Shown: in pieces, positions 27,724 through 37,865 of the stretch
Layout: each line of letters opens with the position of its first letter
Numbering within the stretch: position 1 is the first letter of the stretch
Assembly: GCA_035252015.1 (NCBI GenBank)
Contig: DATFDP010000044.1
Coordinates: 788 to 64,787, forward strand
Reading direction: 5' to 3'
Source: Terriglobales bacterium
GTDB taxonomy: Bacteria > Acidobacteriota > Terriglobia > Terriglobales > Acidobacteriaceae
DNA: 64,000 bases
Notes under the pieces: model-generated
The model's input: only the letters and a program-made list of their open reading frames with translations
Told to the model about the DNA's origin: nothing
Database searches by the model: none
Position numbers and translations under genes: made by a program

Positions 27724-28842
27724 TCAGTACATGATGGTCTTGGTCAGGTGATGCGGCCAGGACGTGGTGTGGTAATGCGTCCACAGGCGCGCGTCAATTT
27801 GCGGAATAATCACCTGCTGCTCCGGCGGACGCAACTTGTTGATCGCATCCGCCAACAATGCGGTCGCGTATAGACAGTGGGCCCGAATTTCGATCTCCTG
27901 AGCGCTGTCACGTGGAATCAGCTGGTACGAATTGATCGCCTGCTCCAGAGCCGGCGAGTAGCTGGTCATGCCCATCAAGCGCAGCGCCACCGGCACAATG
28001 TAGTCGGCGAAGGCGGTCATTTTCTGCGGATCCTCCAGGCGGAACGCTCCCGTGGCGTTCAATCCTGAATAGATTTGCCAGAAGCCGAGTTGCGCCAGCT
28101 TATAAAACTTCACCTCGTGCCCGTCGTAGAGGCTAACGTCGTTGTAACGCGGGAACTCCGCAGAGAGGCGCTCCACCAGGCCCTTCCCCTGGCCGTATAG
28201 GCGTGGCGGACAGGAGCGGATGAAGTTGTAAAAGCGCCCTCCATATTTCGCCGCCAGCACTTGGCCAGCCTCGCGCAGCAGCACTGTCTTCTCCTCCAGC
28301 ATGGGGATTTCCATATTGCCGGCAAAGATTTTCTCCATGTCGCGGCGCGTTATCTTTGCTAAAAACTTGCCATCCAGAATGGGAACGCCCTCATCCATCG
28401 CGCGTTTCAGGCAGCCGAACATGGCCTCGGAGTCCGACAGGTGAGCGCCCGCGTAGTCGGTCTGGAACTTCACATGGGTTTTGAAGTCTGTAAACGCTGT
28501 ATCAATGGTGTTGCCTACCATGACGAAATCCATGGCGACGTCTGGAGTTTTCTCCAGTCCATAAGGCACCGCCAAATTTGGCATGGGCAGTTCTTCGTAA
28601 GCCATCCAGCCGGCGATCTCCACAATCTTGTCGTAGTGGGTACGCACGTCGCGGGAGTTCTCGATCACTGGCCGCAGGCTCTCCGTGACCGGACTACCCA
28701 ACGGCGGCGGCCAGTGAGCCGACTTGGCTGAGCCAGCACTTCTGGACTTGACGCTCTTGGCGGAGCTTTTCCTCGCGGCTGCAATCGTGGCAATAGTGGC
28801 AATTCCCTGCAACACGTGACGGCGGCTTAAAGTCATTGGCAT
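27724..28842 (-). CDS. Queuosine-salvage family protein (DUF2419 / Qng1-like) with a twin-arginine signal
   Basis: FYKLAQLGFWQIY, FADYIVPVALRLMG, EIEIRAHCLYATALLADAI and a C-terminal PHHLTKTIMY parallel human QNG1 blocks as I recall them (FFKRAQILVADLW, FADYRVPQVLAHLG, EVEIRGCSLWCVELI, PFHRIRCIYY). N-terminus MPMTLSRRHVLQGIATIATIAAA. The second Met (28836) has GAGGA 6 nt upstream. Confidence 0.65.
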   Translation of the reverse strand: MPMTLSRRHVLQGIATIATIAAARKSSAKSVKSRSAGSAKSAHWPPPLGSPVTESLRPVIENSRDVRTHYDKIVEIAGWMAYEELPMPNLAVPYGLEKTPDVAMDFVMVGNTIDTAFTDFKTHVKFQTDYAGAHLSDSEAMFGCLKRAMDEGVPILDGKFLAKITRRDMEKIFAGNMEIPMLEEKTVLLREAGQVLAAKYGGRFYNFIRSCPPRLYGQGKGLVERLSAEFPRYNDVSLYDGHEVKFYKLAQLGFWQIYSGLNATGAFRLEDPQKMTAFADYIVPVALRLMGMTSYSPALEQAINSYQLIPRDSAQEIEIRAHCLYATALLADAINKLRPPEQQVIIPQIDARLWTHYHTTSWPHHLTKTIMY

Positions 28843-29017
28843 TCCTCGGTATGGGTGTCGTCCCCGCAAAATCGAAGAAAGGCGGTAGCTTACTCCTGCT
28901 TTCAACCTCGGAGGGACAAAAATTCGGCCCTTCAGCGCGTGGAGGAATCAAAGGTAAACACCCGGTGCTGGCATAGTCCTATACTGGTCCGCTCATAAAG
29001 TCCCCTCGGAGATATCC

Positions 29018-30025
29018 ATGTCCGATCACACCATGACCCGCCGCAGCGCGCTTTCCCTGCTCGGTTCTGCTGCCATTGCCGCTGCCCTTCCCTTCCCGCT
29101 GCTTGCGGACGACTTTAAGAGCACTGCTCTTCGCCAAACCCTGCCCAAGTTCACCGAGAAATCGCGTTCTTTGCTGCTCAAGCTGATGCAGGACCCAGGC
29201 TACAGCGGTCAGATCACCGCGGCGGACGCGGACGCTCTTGCGCAAAACGAGGGCACGACCATCGAGGAGTTGATGAGCGAACTGATTCCGCTGGCCCGCA
29301 GTTATTCCCATGCTCCTATTTCTAATTTTTTCGTGGGGTGCTTAGTGCGGGGCGCGAGCGGATGCCTCTACACCGGCGCCAACATCGAGATTCCTGGCCA
29401 GTGCCTCGGCTTTGCTGTTCACGCCGAACAGGCGGCGGTCTCCAACGCCTACATGCATGGCGAGAACGCCGTCACAGCGCTCGCTGTCGGCGGCGCGCCC
29501 TGTGGCCATTGCCGCCAGTTCATCAACGAAGCTTCGCCCGACGGCGAAATTCAGATCTTGAATCCCAACAAGCCCCCAACCAGGCTTTCCGCCATCCTGC
29601 CCTCCGCATTCGGCCCGGCGGCGTTAGGCATGAAGCACGGAGCCTTCCCTATCCGCGAGGCAAATCTGACGCTGGTCTCTCCGGCCGCTGATCCCATTGT
29701 CGCGGCAGCCCTGCAAGCCGCTCGTAATGCCTACGCCCCCTACAGCACTTCTCCATCCGGGGTAGCGATCCGGAGCGCACAAGGCCGGATATTCCGCGGC
29801 TCGTACATCGAGAACGTGGCCTTCAACCCGAGCCTCTCTCCGCTACAGATTGCGCTGGCGCAGATGATCGCGGCAGGCCAGCATTACTCCGCCATCGCCG
29901 AGGTCACGCTCGTGGAAGTGCAGGGTGCAAAAATCAGTCAGAAGGCCGTGACGGAAACGGTCCTGGGCGCAATCGTGCCCACGGTGAAACTGAAACATGT
30001 ATTCGCGCACCCAACCAGCGCGTAA
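29018..30025 (+). CDS. cdd: Two-domain (E. coli Cdd-type) cytidine deaminase with a twin-arginine signal
   Basis: Zinc motifs HAEQAAV and PCGHCRQF in the first domain. A second, degenerate CDA-like domain follows (SPSGVAIRSAQGRIFRGSYIEN). N-terminus MSDHTMTRRSALSLLGSAAIAAALPFPLLA. Confidence 0.75.
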   Translation: MSDHTMTRRSALSLLGSAAIAAALPFPLLADDFKSTALRQTLPKFTEKSRSLLLKLMQDPGYSGQITAADADALAQNEGTTIEELMSELIPLARSYSHAPISNFFVGCLVRGASGCLYTGANIEIPGQCLGFAVHAEQAAVSNAYMHGENAVTALAVGGAPCGHCRQFINEASPDGEIQILNPNKPPTRLSAILPSAFGPAALGMKHGAFPIREANLTLVSPAADPIVAAALQAARNAYAPYSTSPSGVAIRSAQGRIFRGSYIENVAFNPSLSPLQIALAQMIAAGQHYSAIAEVTLVEVQGAKISQKAVTETVLGAIVPTVKLKHVFAHPTSA

Positions 30026-30090
30026 CTGAATTTTTAAACAAAGTTCCACGGTTACGCCGTCGTGCCAGACTCGGTCGAGCTAAAAGTGGT

Positions 30091-31482
30091 TTGGTAGACT
30101 GGCTGATTACAAGCGAGGGTCCCTTGAATGAAAATTCTCCAGCGCTTGGGGGACCCTCTGCCGCTTTTGCGCCTCGCAAACCTCAGCCTGCGACCGCCGC
30201 CACCAGCGTCCGCTGGTACATGATGGGGCTGGTGGTGGCTACCTCCATCCTCACCTATCTCGATCGTCTCAACCTCAGCATCGCGGGCAAGTACATCCAG
30301 GACGAATTCGCCATTCCCGTCCGTACCATGGGTTGGATCTTCAGCGCGTTTCTTTTAGGTTATGCGCTGTTTCAGATTCCAGGCGGCTATGCCGCGGACC
30401 GGTTCGGCCCACGACGCCTGTTTGTAGTTGTGATTACGTCCTGGTCGCTACTGACCGCCGCCACAGCTATCGCCCCTCGCCTACCTCTCGTGCACTGGTT
30501 CGGCCTGGCATGGTCCTTCGCGATTATGCGCTTCCTGATTGGCATCGGCGAGGCGCCCAGTGCACCCGGTTATGCTACGGTGGTGGCCGCCTGGATGGGC
30601 AATCGCTACCGCGGCGTCGGCAGCAGCTTCTCCATGCTCGGCATCGGCCTGGGTGGCGCTTTCACCCCCATCTTTATCGCCTCGGTGATGCAGCATTGGG
30701 GATGGCGCGCCTCCTTCTACATCAGTGGCGCACTGGGGCTGCTGATCGCCATCACCTGGTACTATTTCGCGACGGACCAGCCGGAAACCCACCCCAGCGT
30801 CAATTCCGCCGAACTGGAATTGATCCGACGCGGTGGCGCCAGCCCTCGCGTCCGGCGCGAAGATACGCCTTGGACGAAAATCTTGACCAGCCGCTCTGTG
30901 ATTGCCTTGATCCTCGGGTACTTCTGTCAGGGATTTCCCATTTACTTCTACCACACGTGGTTTTTCATCTATCTGGTGCGCGTGCGAGGATTTTCCCTTA
31001 TCCAGGGCGGATTCTGGGCCGCTTGCCCTTACCTGGCGATCGCCATCCTTTCACCCTGCGGCGGCTGGTTCTCCGATTTTGCCGTACGCACAATGGGACG
31101 GCGCCTGGGAAGGAAGGCTGCGGTTTGGCTGGGCATGTCAGGCTCCGCGGTTTTGCTTTGGAGCGGAGGACACACCCCCAACAACTTTGCTGCCATTGCT
31201 ATGCTCGCCGCCGCCGCCGGCCTAAACATGTTTGCCGCAGCAACCTTCTGGGCGGCTTGCATTGACCTTTCGCAAAAGCACTCTGGCTCGCTCTCCGGCC
31301 TCATGAACACCCTGGGCAATCTTGGCGGCTGGCTGTCCCCGATTGTGACCGCCTATGTGGCCACCAGGTTCGGGTGGTCTCGTGCCTTGGCTTTGGCTGC
31401 CCTGGTCACGCTGGGGAGTGGCCTCTGCTGGCTCTTTGTTGATGCCAGCAGAAGCATTGACGAGCCTTCCGTCTCGTCCTGA
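30091..31482 (+). CDS. MFS transporter, anion:cation symporter (ACS) type (hexuronate/aldonate-like)
   Basis: [17 protein letters not shown]...[20 protein letters not shown] and about 12 TM segments. The true start is uncertain. Confidence 0.8.
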   Translation: MVDWLITSEGPLNENSPALGGPSAAFAPRKPQPATAATSVRWYMMGLVVATSILTYLDRLNLSIAGKYIQDEFAIPVRTMGWIFSAFLLGYALFQIPGGYAADRFGPRRLFVVVITSWSLLTAATAIAPRLPLVHWFGLAWSFAIMRFLIGIGEAPSAPGYATVVAAWMGNRYRGVGSSFSMLGIGLGGAFTPIFIASVMQHWGWRASFYISGALGLLIAITWYYFATDQPETHPSVNSAELELIRRGGASPRVRREDTPWTKILTSRSVIALILGYFCQGFPIYFYHTWFFIYLVRVRGFSLIQGGFWAACPYLAIAILSPCGGWFSDFAVRTMGRRLGRKAAVWLGMSGSAVLLWSGGHTPNNFAAIAMLAAAAGLNMFAAATFWAACIDLSQKHSGSLSGLMNTLGNLGGWLSPIVTAYVATRFGWSRALALAALVTLGSGLCWLFVDASRSIDEPSVSS

Positions 31483-31567
31483 TTTTCTTTGCTGCAGCCT
31501 GCGGCACCTTCCCTTGCCGAGCAGAATCCAACGACGTAGCATTCATATGAATGGTAGGAGTCTATTC

Positions 31568-33964
31568 ATGGCCACAACTGTCGCCGAATCCTCTGGACAC
31601 CGCGTTTCCGACCGCCCTCTTAGCTCCCAGGAACTCGAAAAAATGGACGCCTATTGGCGCGCCGCCAACTACCTTTCAGTGGGTCAGATTTACCTTTACG
31701 CCAATCCGCTGTTACGGGAGCCACTGAAACTCGAACATATTAAGCCGCGTCTGCTCGGGCACTGGGGGACCACTCCAGGGCTCAATTTCATCTATGTCCA
31801 TGTCAATCGGATCATCAAGAAGTATGACCTCAATGCCATTTTCATCACTGGCCCGGGTCACGGCGGCCCCGGAATCGTAGCCAACACCTACTTAGAAGGA
31901 ACATATACCGAGCTCTATCCCAACATCCCGCAAAACGAAGACGGAATGCGCAAGCTGTTCAAACAGTTCTCGTTTCCTGGCGGGATTCCCAGCCATGCCG
32001 CTCCCGAAACGCCAGGCTCGATTAATGAAGGCGGAGAACTGGGTTACTCTCTTGCGCATGCGTATGGAGCAGTATTCGACAACCCCAACTTGTTAGCCTG
32101 TTGTGTCATCGGCGACGGAGAAGCGGAGACGGGCGCTCTGGCCACGAGTTGGCATTCGAACAAATTCCTCAATCCGGCTGGCGACGGTGCCGTTCTCCCC
32201 ATTCTTCACCTCAATGGCTACAAGATTGCCAACCCGACCGTCCTGGGGCGAATGAGCGACGAAGAGCTCACCTATCTGTTCCGCGGCTATGGCTACAAGC
32301 CCTTTTTTGTTGAGGGACAAGAACCGGAAAAGATGCACCAGTCCATGGCTGCAACCCTTGATACCATCGTTGAGGAAATCGGCGGCCTCCAGGAAAACGC
32401 CCGGCGCAGCCGCTCAGACGTGCGTCCCATCTGGCCCATGCTGGTGTTACGCAGCCCCAAGGGCTGGAGTGGCCCCAAGTTCGTGGATGGCAAGCCGGTC
32501 GAGGGCACGTGGCGCGCTCACCAGGTTCCTGTCTCCGACCTCCGGAATCCAGAGCACTTGAGAATTCTGCATGACTGGATGAAGGGCTACCGTCCCGAGG
32601 AACTGTTCGATGCCGCCGGCAAATTCCGGGCAGATTTAGCTGAACTCGCTCCTAAAGGTAATCGCCGCATGGGAGCCAATCCCCACGCCAATGGCGGGCT
32701 GCTGCTCAAGAACCTGGTGATGCCCGATTTCCGCCAGTATGGCGTGAAGGTTGCCAAGCCGGGTGCGGAAACGGCAGAGGCCACAAAGGTTGCAGGCGTG
32801 TTCCTTCGGGACGTGATGAAACTGAATATGGACTCCAGGAACTTTCGCATTGTCGGGCCCGATGAAACCGCCTCGAACCGCCTCGACGCGGTTTTTCAGG
32901 TCACCTCCAAGGTCCTGATGGAACCTATCCTCCCCACTGACGAGGATCTTTCTCATGACGGGCAAGTTGTGGAGATGCTGAGCGAGCACATGTGCCAGGG
33001 CTGGCTTGAGGGTTATCTCCTGACCGGACGCCACGGCTTATTTTCCTGCTACGAAGCCTTCATTCACATCATCGATTCCATGTTCAACCAGCATGCCAAA
33101 TGGCTGAAGGTCTCTCGCAATATTCCCTGGCGGCGGCCCATCGCTTCATTAAATTATCTTTTGACCTCGCACGTCTGGCGCCAGGATCACAACGGGTTCA
33201 GCCACCAGGATCCCGGATTCATTGATTTTGTGGTCAACAAAAAGGCTGAGCTCGTGCGCGTCTACCTTCCGCCCGATGCCAACACTCTGTTGTCCGTTAC
33301 CGACCATTGTTTACGCAGCCGCAACTACGTGAATGTAATTGTAGCCGGCAAACACCCCGCGCCCCAGTGGCTGGATATGGAGGCGGCCATTGAGCACTGT
33401 ACCAATGGCATTGGCATCTGGAGTTGGGCCAGTACGGACCAGAACAGCGAGCCGGATGTGGTCATGGCCTGTGCGGGCGATGTTCCTGCACTGGAAACAC
33501 TGGCCGCTGTAGATCTATTACGCCATCATTTTCCAGACATCAAGATTCGGGTCGTGAACGTCGTCGATCTGATGACGTTGCAGCCCAGCTCCGAACATCC
33601 TCACGGCCTCAACGACCGCGATTTTGATTCCATTTTCACGGTGGACAAGCCAATCATCTTTGCTTATCACGGCTATCCTTGGCTGATCCACCGGCTTACC
33701 TACCGCCGGCGCAATCACGATAATCTCCATGTGCGCGGCTACAAGGAGGAGGGGACAACCACGACGCCATTCGATATGACTGTGCTCAATGAGCTCGACC
33801 GCTATCACCTGGCCGGCGACGTCGTAGACCGCGTCCCTCGCCTGCAGCGCATTGGCGCTCATTTTAAACAGTATCTTCGTAACCAGTTGGTTGCGCATAA
33901 GCAATACATATATGAGCACGGCGATGATATGCCCGAGATCCGAAACTGGACCTGGCCAGGCTGA
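31568..33964 (+). CDS. xfp: Xylulose-5-phosphate/fructose-6-phosphate phosphoketolase
   Basis: [38 protein letters not shown] and GDGEAETG are hallmark Xfp blocks. About 798 aa from the ATG at 31568 (AGGAG 8 nt upstream). The ORF-track start at 31355 overlaps the MFS gene. Confidence 0.9.
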   Translation: MATTVAESSGHRVSDRPLSSQELEKMDAYWRAANYLSVGQIYLYANPLLREPLKLEHIKPRLLGHWGTTPGLNFIYVHVNRIIKKYDLNAIFITGPGHGGPGIVANTYLEGTYTELYPNIPQNEDGMRKLFKQFSFPGGIPSHAAPETPGSINEGGELGYSLAHAYGAVFDNPNLLACCVIGDGEAETGALATSWHSNKFLNPAGDGAVLPILHLNGYKIANPTVLGRMSDEELTYLFRGYGYKPFFVEGQEPEKMHQSMAATLDTIVEEIGGLQENARRSRSDVRPIWPMLVLRSPKGWSGPKFVDGKPVEGTWRAHQVPVSDLRNPEHLRILHDWMKGYRPEELFDAAGKFRADLAELAPKGNRRMGANPHANGGLLLKNLVMPDFRQYGVKVAKPGAETAEATKVAGVFLRDVMKLNMDSRNFRIVGPDETASNRLDAVFQVTSKVLMEPILPTDEDLSHDGQVVEMLSEHMCQGWLEGYLLTGRHGLFSCYEAFIHIIDSMFNQHAKWLKVSRNIPWRRPIASLNYLLTSHVWRQDHNGFSHQDPGFIDFVVNKKAELVRVYLPPDANTLLSVTDHCLRSRNYVNVIVAGKHPAPQWLDMEAAIEHCTNGIGIWSWASTDQNSEPDVVMACAGDVPALETLAAVDLLRHHFPDIKIRVVNVVDLMTLQPSSEHPHGLNDRDFDSIFTVDKPIIFAYHGYPWLIHRLTYRRRNHDNLHVRGYKEEGTTTTPFDMTVLNELDRYHLAGDVVDRVPRLQRIGAHFKQYLRNQLVAHKQYIYEHGDDMPEIRNWTWPG

Positions 33965-33966
33965 CC

Positions 33967-35184
33967 ATGAAAATTTTGGTCCTGAATTCAGGCTCATCCA
34001 GCCAGAAAAGCTGCTTGTACGAAATCAACCACTCGCCTCCCTCGGATCCGCCTGCCTGCGTTTGGGCCGGAAAAATCGAATGGCAGGGCGATACCAGCTC
34101 GTTGTCGATCAGTGGCGCGCGAGGACTCGCATACAAGGAACACCTCACCGATACGTCACGCGTCCAGGCACTTGAGGACCTGATTGGCCGGCTTTGGAAA
34201 GGACCAGCCGCCGCCCTGAGCTCGCCATCTGAGCTGGACGTGGTTGGACACCGAATCGTATACGGCGGGGCCGAATACCAAAATCCTGTTCAGGTCACGC
34301 CGGAAGTGAAATCAACCATCGCCAGCCTGACAGCGTTGGCGCCGCTGCACAGCCGCGCCGAGCTCGAAGGAATGGAGATTGTGGAGCGGCTGTTCGGCTC
34401 CATCCCACAGATCGCCGTCTTCGATACCGCCTTTCACCACACCATGCCGCTCTCCTCGGCCCTCTACCCTGGCCCTTACGAATGGTTCACCCGGGGTATT
34501 CGCCGGTTTGGATTTCACGGCATCAACCACGCATATTGCGCCGAACGCGCTGCGCACTTGCTGCGTCGTGACCTAAGTTCCTTTAGACTCGTCACTTGTC
34601 ATCTAGGAAACGGATGTTCCCTCGCTGCCATCAAAAACGGCCGCAGTATTGATACAACCATGGGCTTCACGCCCCTCGAAGGTCTGATGATGGGCACACG
34701 CTCCGGCTCCATCGATCCGGGCATTCTCACCTACCTTATGCGACACGACCGTCTGAGCGCAGAACAACTCGACGATCTCTTAAATAGCAAATCGGGGCTG
34801 CTGGGCGTCTCGAGACGCTCGGCAGATATGCGGGACATTTTGGCCGCCATAAGAACGGGCGACGAGCGCGCGAAACTCGCTTTCGATATTTACATCCACC
34901 GCCTGCAGGCCGGAATCGGCAGCATGGTTGCTGTGTTGGATGGGCTCGATGCCTTAGTGTTTACGGCCGGTGTAGGCGAAAATTCGCCCGAGGTGCGGTC
35001 GGCGTGCTGCAGCAATCTGGAATTTCTAGGTCTGAAACTCGATCCCGACAGGAACGCACACAGCCCCGCCGACGCCAACATCGCGGCGCCAAAGTCCCGT
35101 GTTCCTGTGCTCGTGATTCGCGCACAGGAGGACTGGCGAATTGCGCGCGATTGCTGGACTGTCCTGAAAGACAATAAAGATTGA
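33967..35184 (+). CDS. ackA: Acetate kinase
   Basis: MKILVLNSGSSSQK N-terminus, VGHRIVYGG, FDTAFHHTMP, GFHGINH. Starts 2 nt after the xfp stop. Confidence 0.9.
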   Translation: MKILVLNSGSSSQKSCLYEINHSPPSDPPACVWAGKIEWQGDTSSLSISGARGLAYKEHLTDTSRVQALEDLIGRLWKGPAAALSSPSELDVVGHRIVYGGAEYQNPVQVTPEVKSTIASLTALAPLHSRAELEGMEIVERLFGSIPQIAVFDTAFHHTMPLSSALYPGPYEWFTRGIRRFGFHGINHAYCAERAAHLLRRDLSSFRLVTCHLGNGCSLAAIKNGRSIDTTMGFTPLEGLMMGTRSGSIDPGILTYLMRHDRLSAEQLDDLLNSKSGLLGVSRRSADMRDILAAIRTGDERAKLAFDIYIHRLQAGIGSMVAVLDGLDALVFTAGVGENSPEVRSACCSNLEFLGLKLDPDRNAHSPADANIAAPKSRVPVLVIRAQEDWRIARDCWTVLKDNKD

Positions 35185-35272
35185 ACGAGGTCGCTGCATT
35201 AGTACTTGCGGCCGAGCAGGTTTCCCTACCTCATCGCCGACAACCGAACCGAGCCGTTCAGCGAAACTGGCT

Positions 35273-36103
35273 TTATCGACAGGTCGCCCCGGAGGCGGGC
35301 TGGAAATAGTTATTCTGTGCTTCTCTTTGTGACATGAAGTGGCCCCTGGATCTCCGACGGTAACCGTCGTCTCCCGGGCAGTAGTACAAACCTGTGTGGG
35401 TGTCCGCCCAGACCTGTAATTGCGGATTGGTGAGGCGCGCGTGTTGGGGCGTCGTTCCGGAGATGAGAAACTTCACAATTTGGTTCAGCGACAAACTTGG
35501 AGAGGTTAGCTCTGTTAGCGATTCAGGTCGGGCCGCAACAGGCTCTGAGATCCTTTGGGAAGCTTCTCCCCCCGCCCTATCGCCGAGGTGAACAGGCTGA
35601 GATTTGGTTGCTGCCGGCATTTGGCGGAGCAGCGGAGTAGCCGAATCGTCGGCGCGCCAAGCCATCCAGGCGGTTGACACCCAAATGGCAGCCGCGATGG
35701 CCAAAATCGGCAACTGGCGAGTGCGAAAATTAGCTGCCATCCAGCGCTCGAGCAGTACGTGCCGTGCACGTTGCATGCGAACCACTGCTGCCATCCAGCG
35801 CTCGATCAGCACTGGCTGCATTCGTTGCAGCGGAACTCTCACACCCACCATCAACGCTAGAAGCGGTTGAGTGATAACATTCCAGCGTTTAAGCAGCGCA
35901 TTGAATGCCTCTCGACACCGGGCAGTCCCCGTTGGCGGAGCAAGCGCTAGCCCGGGTCCTTCCAAGCCAAGGATTGACATGCGTTCCTGAGAAACAAACT
36001 CGACCCCATTCTGTTTCCTGCTTCCAGCCGACGCGGGCGGGCATGCATCGTTTGAAATTGGAAACTGCTGCTTAAGAGAGTCAGCCTTGCTCAGGGCGTT
36101 CAT
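35273..36103 (-). CDS. Hypothetical bitopic membrane protein with L-x-[KE]-R-W repeats and a C-terminal YYCPG...F-x-S-x-x-E-A motif
   Basis: 276 aa. Three repeats (LLKRWNVITQ, LIERWMAAVV, LLERWMAANF) precede a single TM (LPILAIAAAIWVSTAWMAW). Lies immediately downstream of the ExeA-like gene on the same strand. Confidence 0.5.
   Translation of the reverse strand: MNALSKADSLKQQFPISNDACPPASAGSRKQNGVEFVSQERMSILGLEGPGLALAPPTGTARCREAFNALLKRWNVITQPLLALMVGVRVPLQRMQPVLIERWMAAVVRMQRARHVLLERWMAANFRTRQLPILAIAAAIWVSTAWMAWRADDSATPLLRQMPAATKSQPVHLGDRAGGEASQRISEPVAARPESLTELTSPSLSLNQIVKFLISGTTPQHARLTNPQLQVWADTHTGLYYCPGDDGYRRRSRGHFMSQREAQNNYFQPASGATCR
35733..35809. repeat. Intragenic direct repeat: gctgccatccagcgctcga (19 nt exact) at 35733-35751 and 35787-35805, period 54 nt
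   Basis: Read directly from the sequence. It encodes the duplicated (I/L)ERWMAA segments of the 276-aa protein. A 19-mer exact repeat is not expected by chance in 64 kb. Confidence 0.8.
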
Positions 36104-36248
36104 CGACTTTTCACTTACCTTCCTTGGCAGTGATTGCTAATCGCGGGCGCTGATCCTAGCCTCCGCAGGGAACACCGCAATTGTTCAAAAGCGCCATTCT
36201 CAAATAACCTCCTGGGTGAAGATTCTGCCTTTTCTCAACGGCGCTCGA

Positions 36249-37865
36249 TCACTCTGTCCCCGCCTGGGTAGTCATTCGCAGCGCAACGCTTCGGTTTGCG
36301 GCTCGCCCCCCGGAAGTGCCATTCGACTTAATTGGAAGCGACGATCCGGCGCCAACTGCTTGCAGGCGATTGGGGCGAATCCCATACTCAATCCTAAGAG
36401 CGTCCTTCACAGCCAGCGCTCGGCGGACCGAAAGATCAAGGTTGTACTCCTCGTCGCCGGAGTTGTCGGCGTGGCCTTCAATAATCACATGCGCATCGGG
36501 ATGATCACGAAGATTCTGGGCCACTGTCGCCAGGATCTTGCGGTTCTGGCTGGAAATTGTGGTGTCGCCAACATCAAAGAAGATCAGTTTGGTTGACAGC
36601 GCTTCCGTCGAGAGGTCCGCCAATCGCGACAACTGCGCCAGAGAGGGATCGGTTACGTTCTGCAGGCTGACTTCATTTCCCTGAGATGTCGAAAGCTGTC
36701 CTGCAACTGCCAACTCCCCTGACCCGGATTGCGCGTTTACTACCCGACTGTTGAGTCGTAGCGCCTTCCACAGGGGCCCTGTTTGAGTAGCAGCCAAAAC
36801 GCATGCTGTGAACAAGACAACCAGGAGGACCTGGATGACTGCACCACGCAGGGTCGAAGAAGATCTTCGGACAGCGAGTGAAGTGGGGGCTGGATGATCT
36901 GTTGCCGGTTGTTGTGGTGGCTTGTTCTCGCCCACCACCAGCGGAGGCTGTTGCCCTACCAGAGCGTGCTTCCCAACAGGCTCGGCCGGAACTCTATTTG
37001 CGAACAACTCGCTCCTCACGCGGTCCAGGTCGAAGTCCTTTGCCCCGTCCTCGATGAAGGAGTCATCAATACGCCTGAACCTCTGCGAGAAAGCCCGCAA
37101 CATGGCATTCATGCAGAGCGTATTGATGTTACGGGGAATGCCTCCGCTATGTGACCACACCCTCTGTAGCGCAACATCGGTAAACAAATCGCCTCGGCAC
37201 CCCGCTGTTACCAGACGATGGCGAACGTAGTCGCGTGTTTCCGCCATGGCCAGTGGGGTCATTCGCGCGATCATCGAGACCCGTTGACGCAATTGCTGTA
37301 GTTCTCGGCTGGCGAGTGTTGTCACTAGTGCAGGCTGACCCGCCAAAATGACTTGCAGCAACTTTGCCCGACTGCTCTCAAAATTGGACAATTGGCGGAG
37401 GGTTTCCAGAATGGAATTACTTACATTCTGTGCTTCATCAACAACCAGTATGACCCGCTGGCCCGCAGCGGCCGCATCAAGCAACAATTGCTGGAATTCA
37501 TCGCCCATCTGAGCGTAGCTTTTTTGAGAGGTGTTGAAATTGTTCCCCAGTTCGCGCAGTACCGATTGCAGCAGTTCGCGCGGGCTGTATTGCTGCTGAA
37601 ACAGGAAGGCAGTGCGGGCTGAAGTGCGATACCTCTCCAGGATGCTAAAGAGCAACGTGGTCTTCCCCATTCCAGGTTGTGCGGCCAGCACCTGGAAGCC
37701 AAAGCCGCACTCAATGCCGCTGATCAAGGTGGCCAATGCTTCTCGATGGGTAGGGCTAAGGAACAGGAATTGGGGATCGGGAGTGACGCCGAATGGACTT
37801 TTTGCCAGCCCAAAGTATTCTAGGATCTGGTCTTCCAGCTTCTTGCTCGGCCCGACTGTGGACAT
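36249..37865 (-). CDS. ExeA/GspA/MshM-like AAA ATPase (AAA_22) fused via a TM segment to a C-terminal OmpA-C peptidoglycan-binding domain
   Basis: Walker A AAQPGMGKTTLL, Walker B VILVVDEAQNV, ExeA-like tail GGIPRNINTLC. TM AVIQVLLVVLFTACVLAATQ. OmpA-C block HVIIEGHADNSGDEEYNLDLSVRRALAVKDAL...AANRSVAL. Confidence 0.8.
   Translation of the reverse strand: MSTVGPSKKLEDQILEYFGLAKSPFGVTPDPQFLFLSPTHREALATLISGIECGFGFQVLAAQPGMGKTTLLFSILERYRTSARTAFLFQQQYSPRELLQSVLRELGNNFNTSQKSYAQMGDEFQQLLLDAAAAGQRVILVVDEAQNVSNSILETLRQLSNFESSRAKLLQVILAGQPALVTTLASRELQQLRQRVSMIARMTPLAMAETRDYVRHRLVTAGCRGDLFTDVALQRVWSHSGGIPRNINTLCMNAMLRAFSQRFRRIDDSFIEDGAKDFDLDRVRSELFANRVPAEPVGKHALVGQQPPLVVGENKPPQQPATDHPAPTSLAVRRSSSTLRGAVIQVLLVVLFTACVLAATQTGPLWKALRLNSRVVNAQSGSGELAVAGQLSTSQGNEVSLQNVTDPSLAQLSRLADLSTEALSTKLIFFDVGDTTISSQNRKILATVAQNLRDHPDAHVIIEGHADNSGDEEYNLDLSVRRALAVKDALRIEYGIRPNRLQAVGAGSSLPIKSNGTSGGRAANRSVALRMTTQAGTE

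Noticed and set aside
28906-28924. The sequence cctcggagggacaaaaatt in the Qng1/cdd intergenic region looked like a preQ1-I riboswitch (short stem plus A-rich tail). That was attractive next to a queuosine-salvage gene.
   Set aside because: The stem would have only 3-4 bp with a loop that is too small. The element is about 90 nt from the cdd start and on the wrong strand for the Qng1-like gene. The A-tail does not run into a Shine-Dalgarno sequence.
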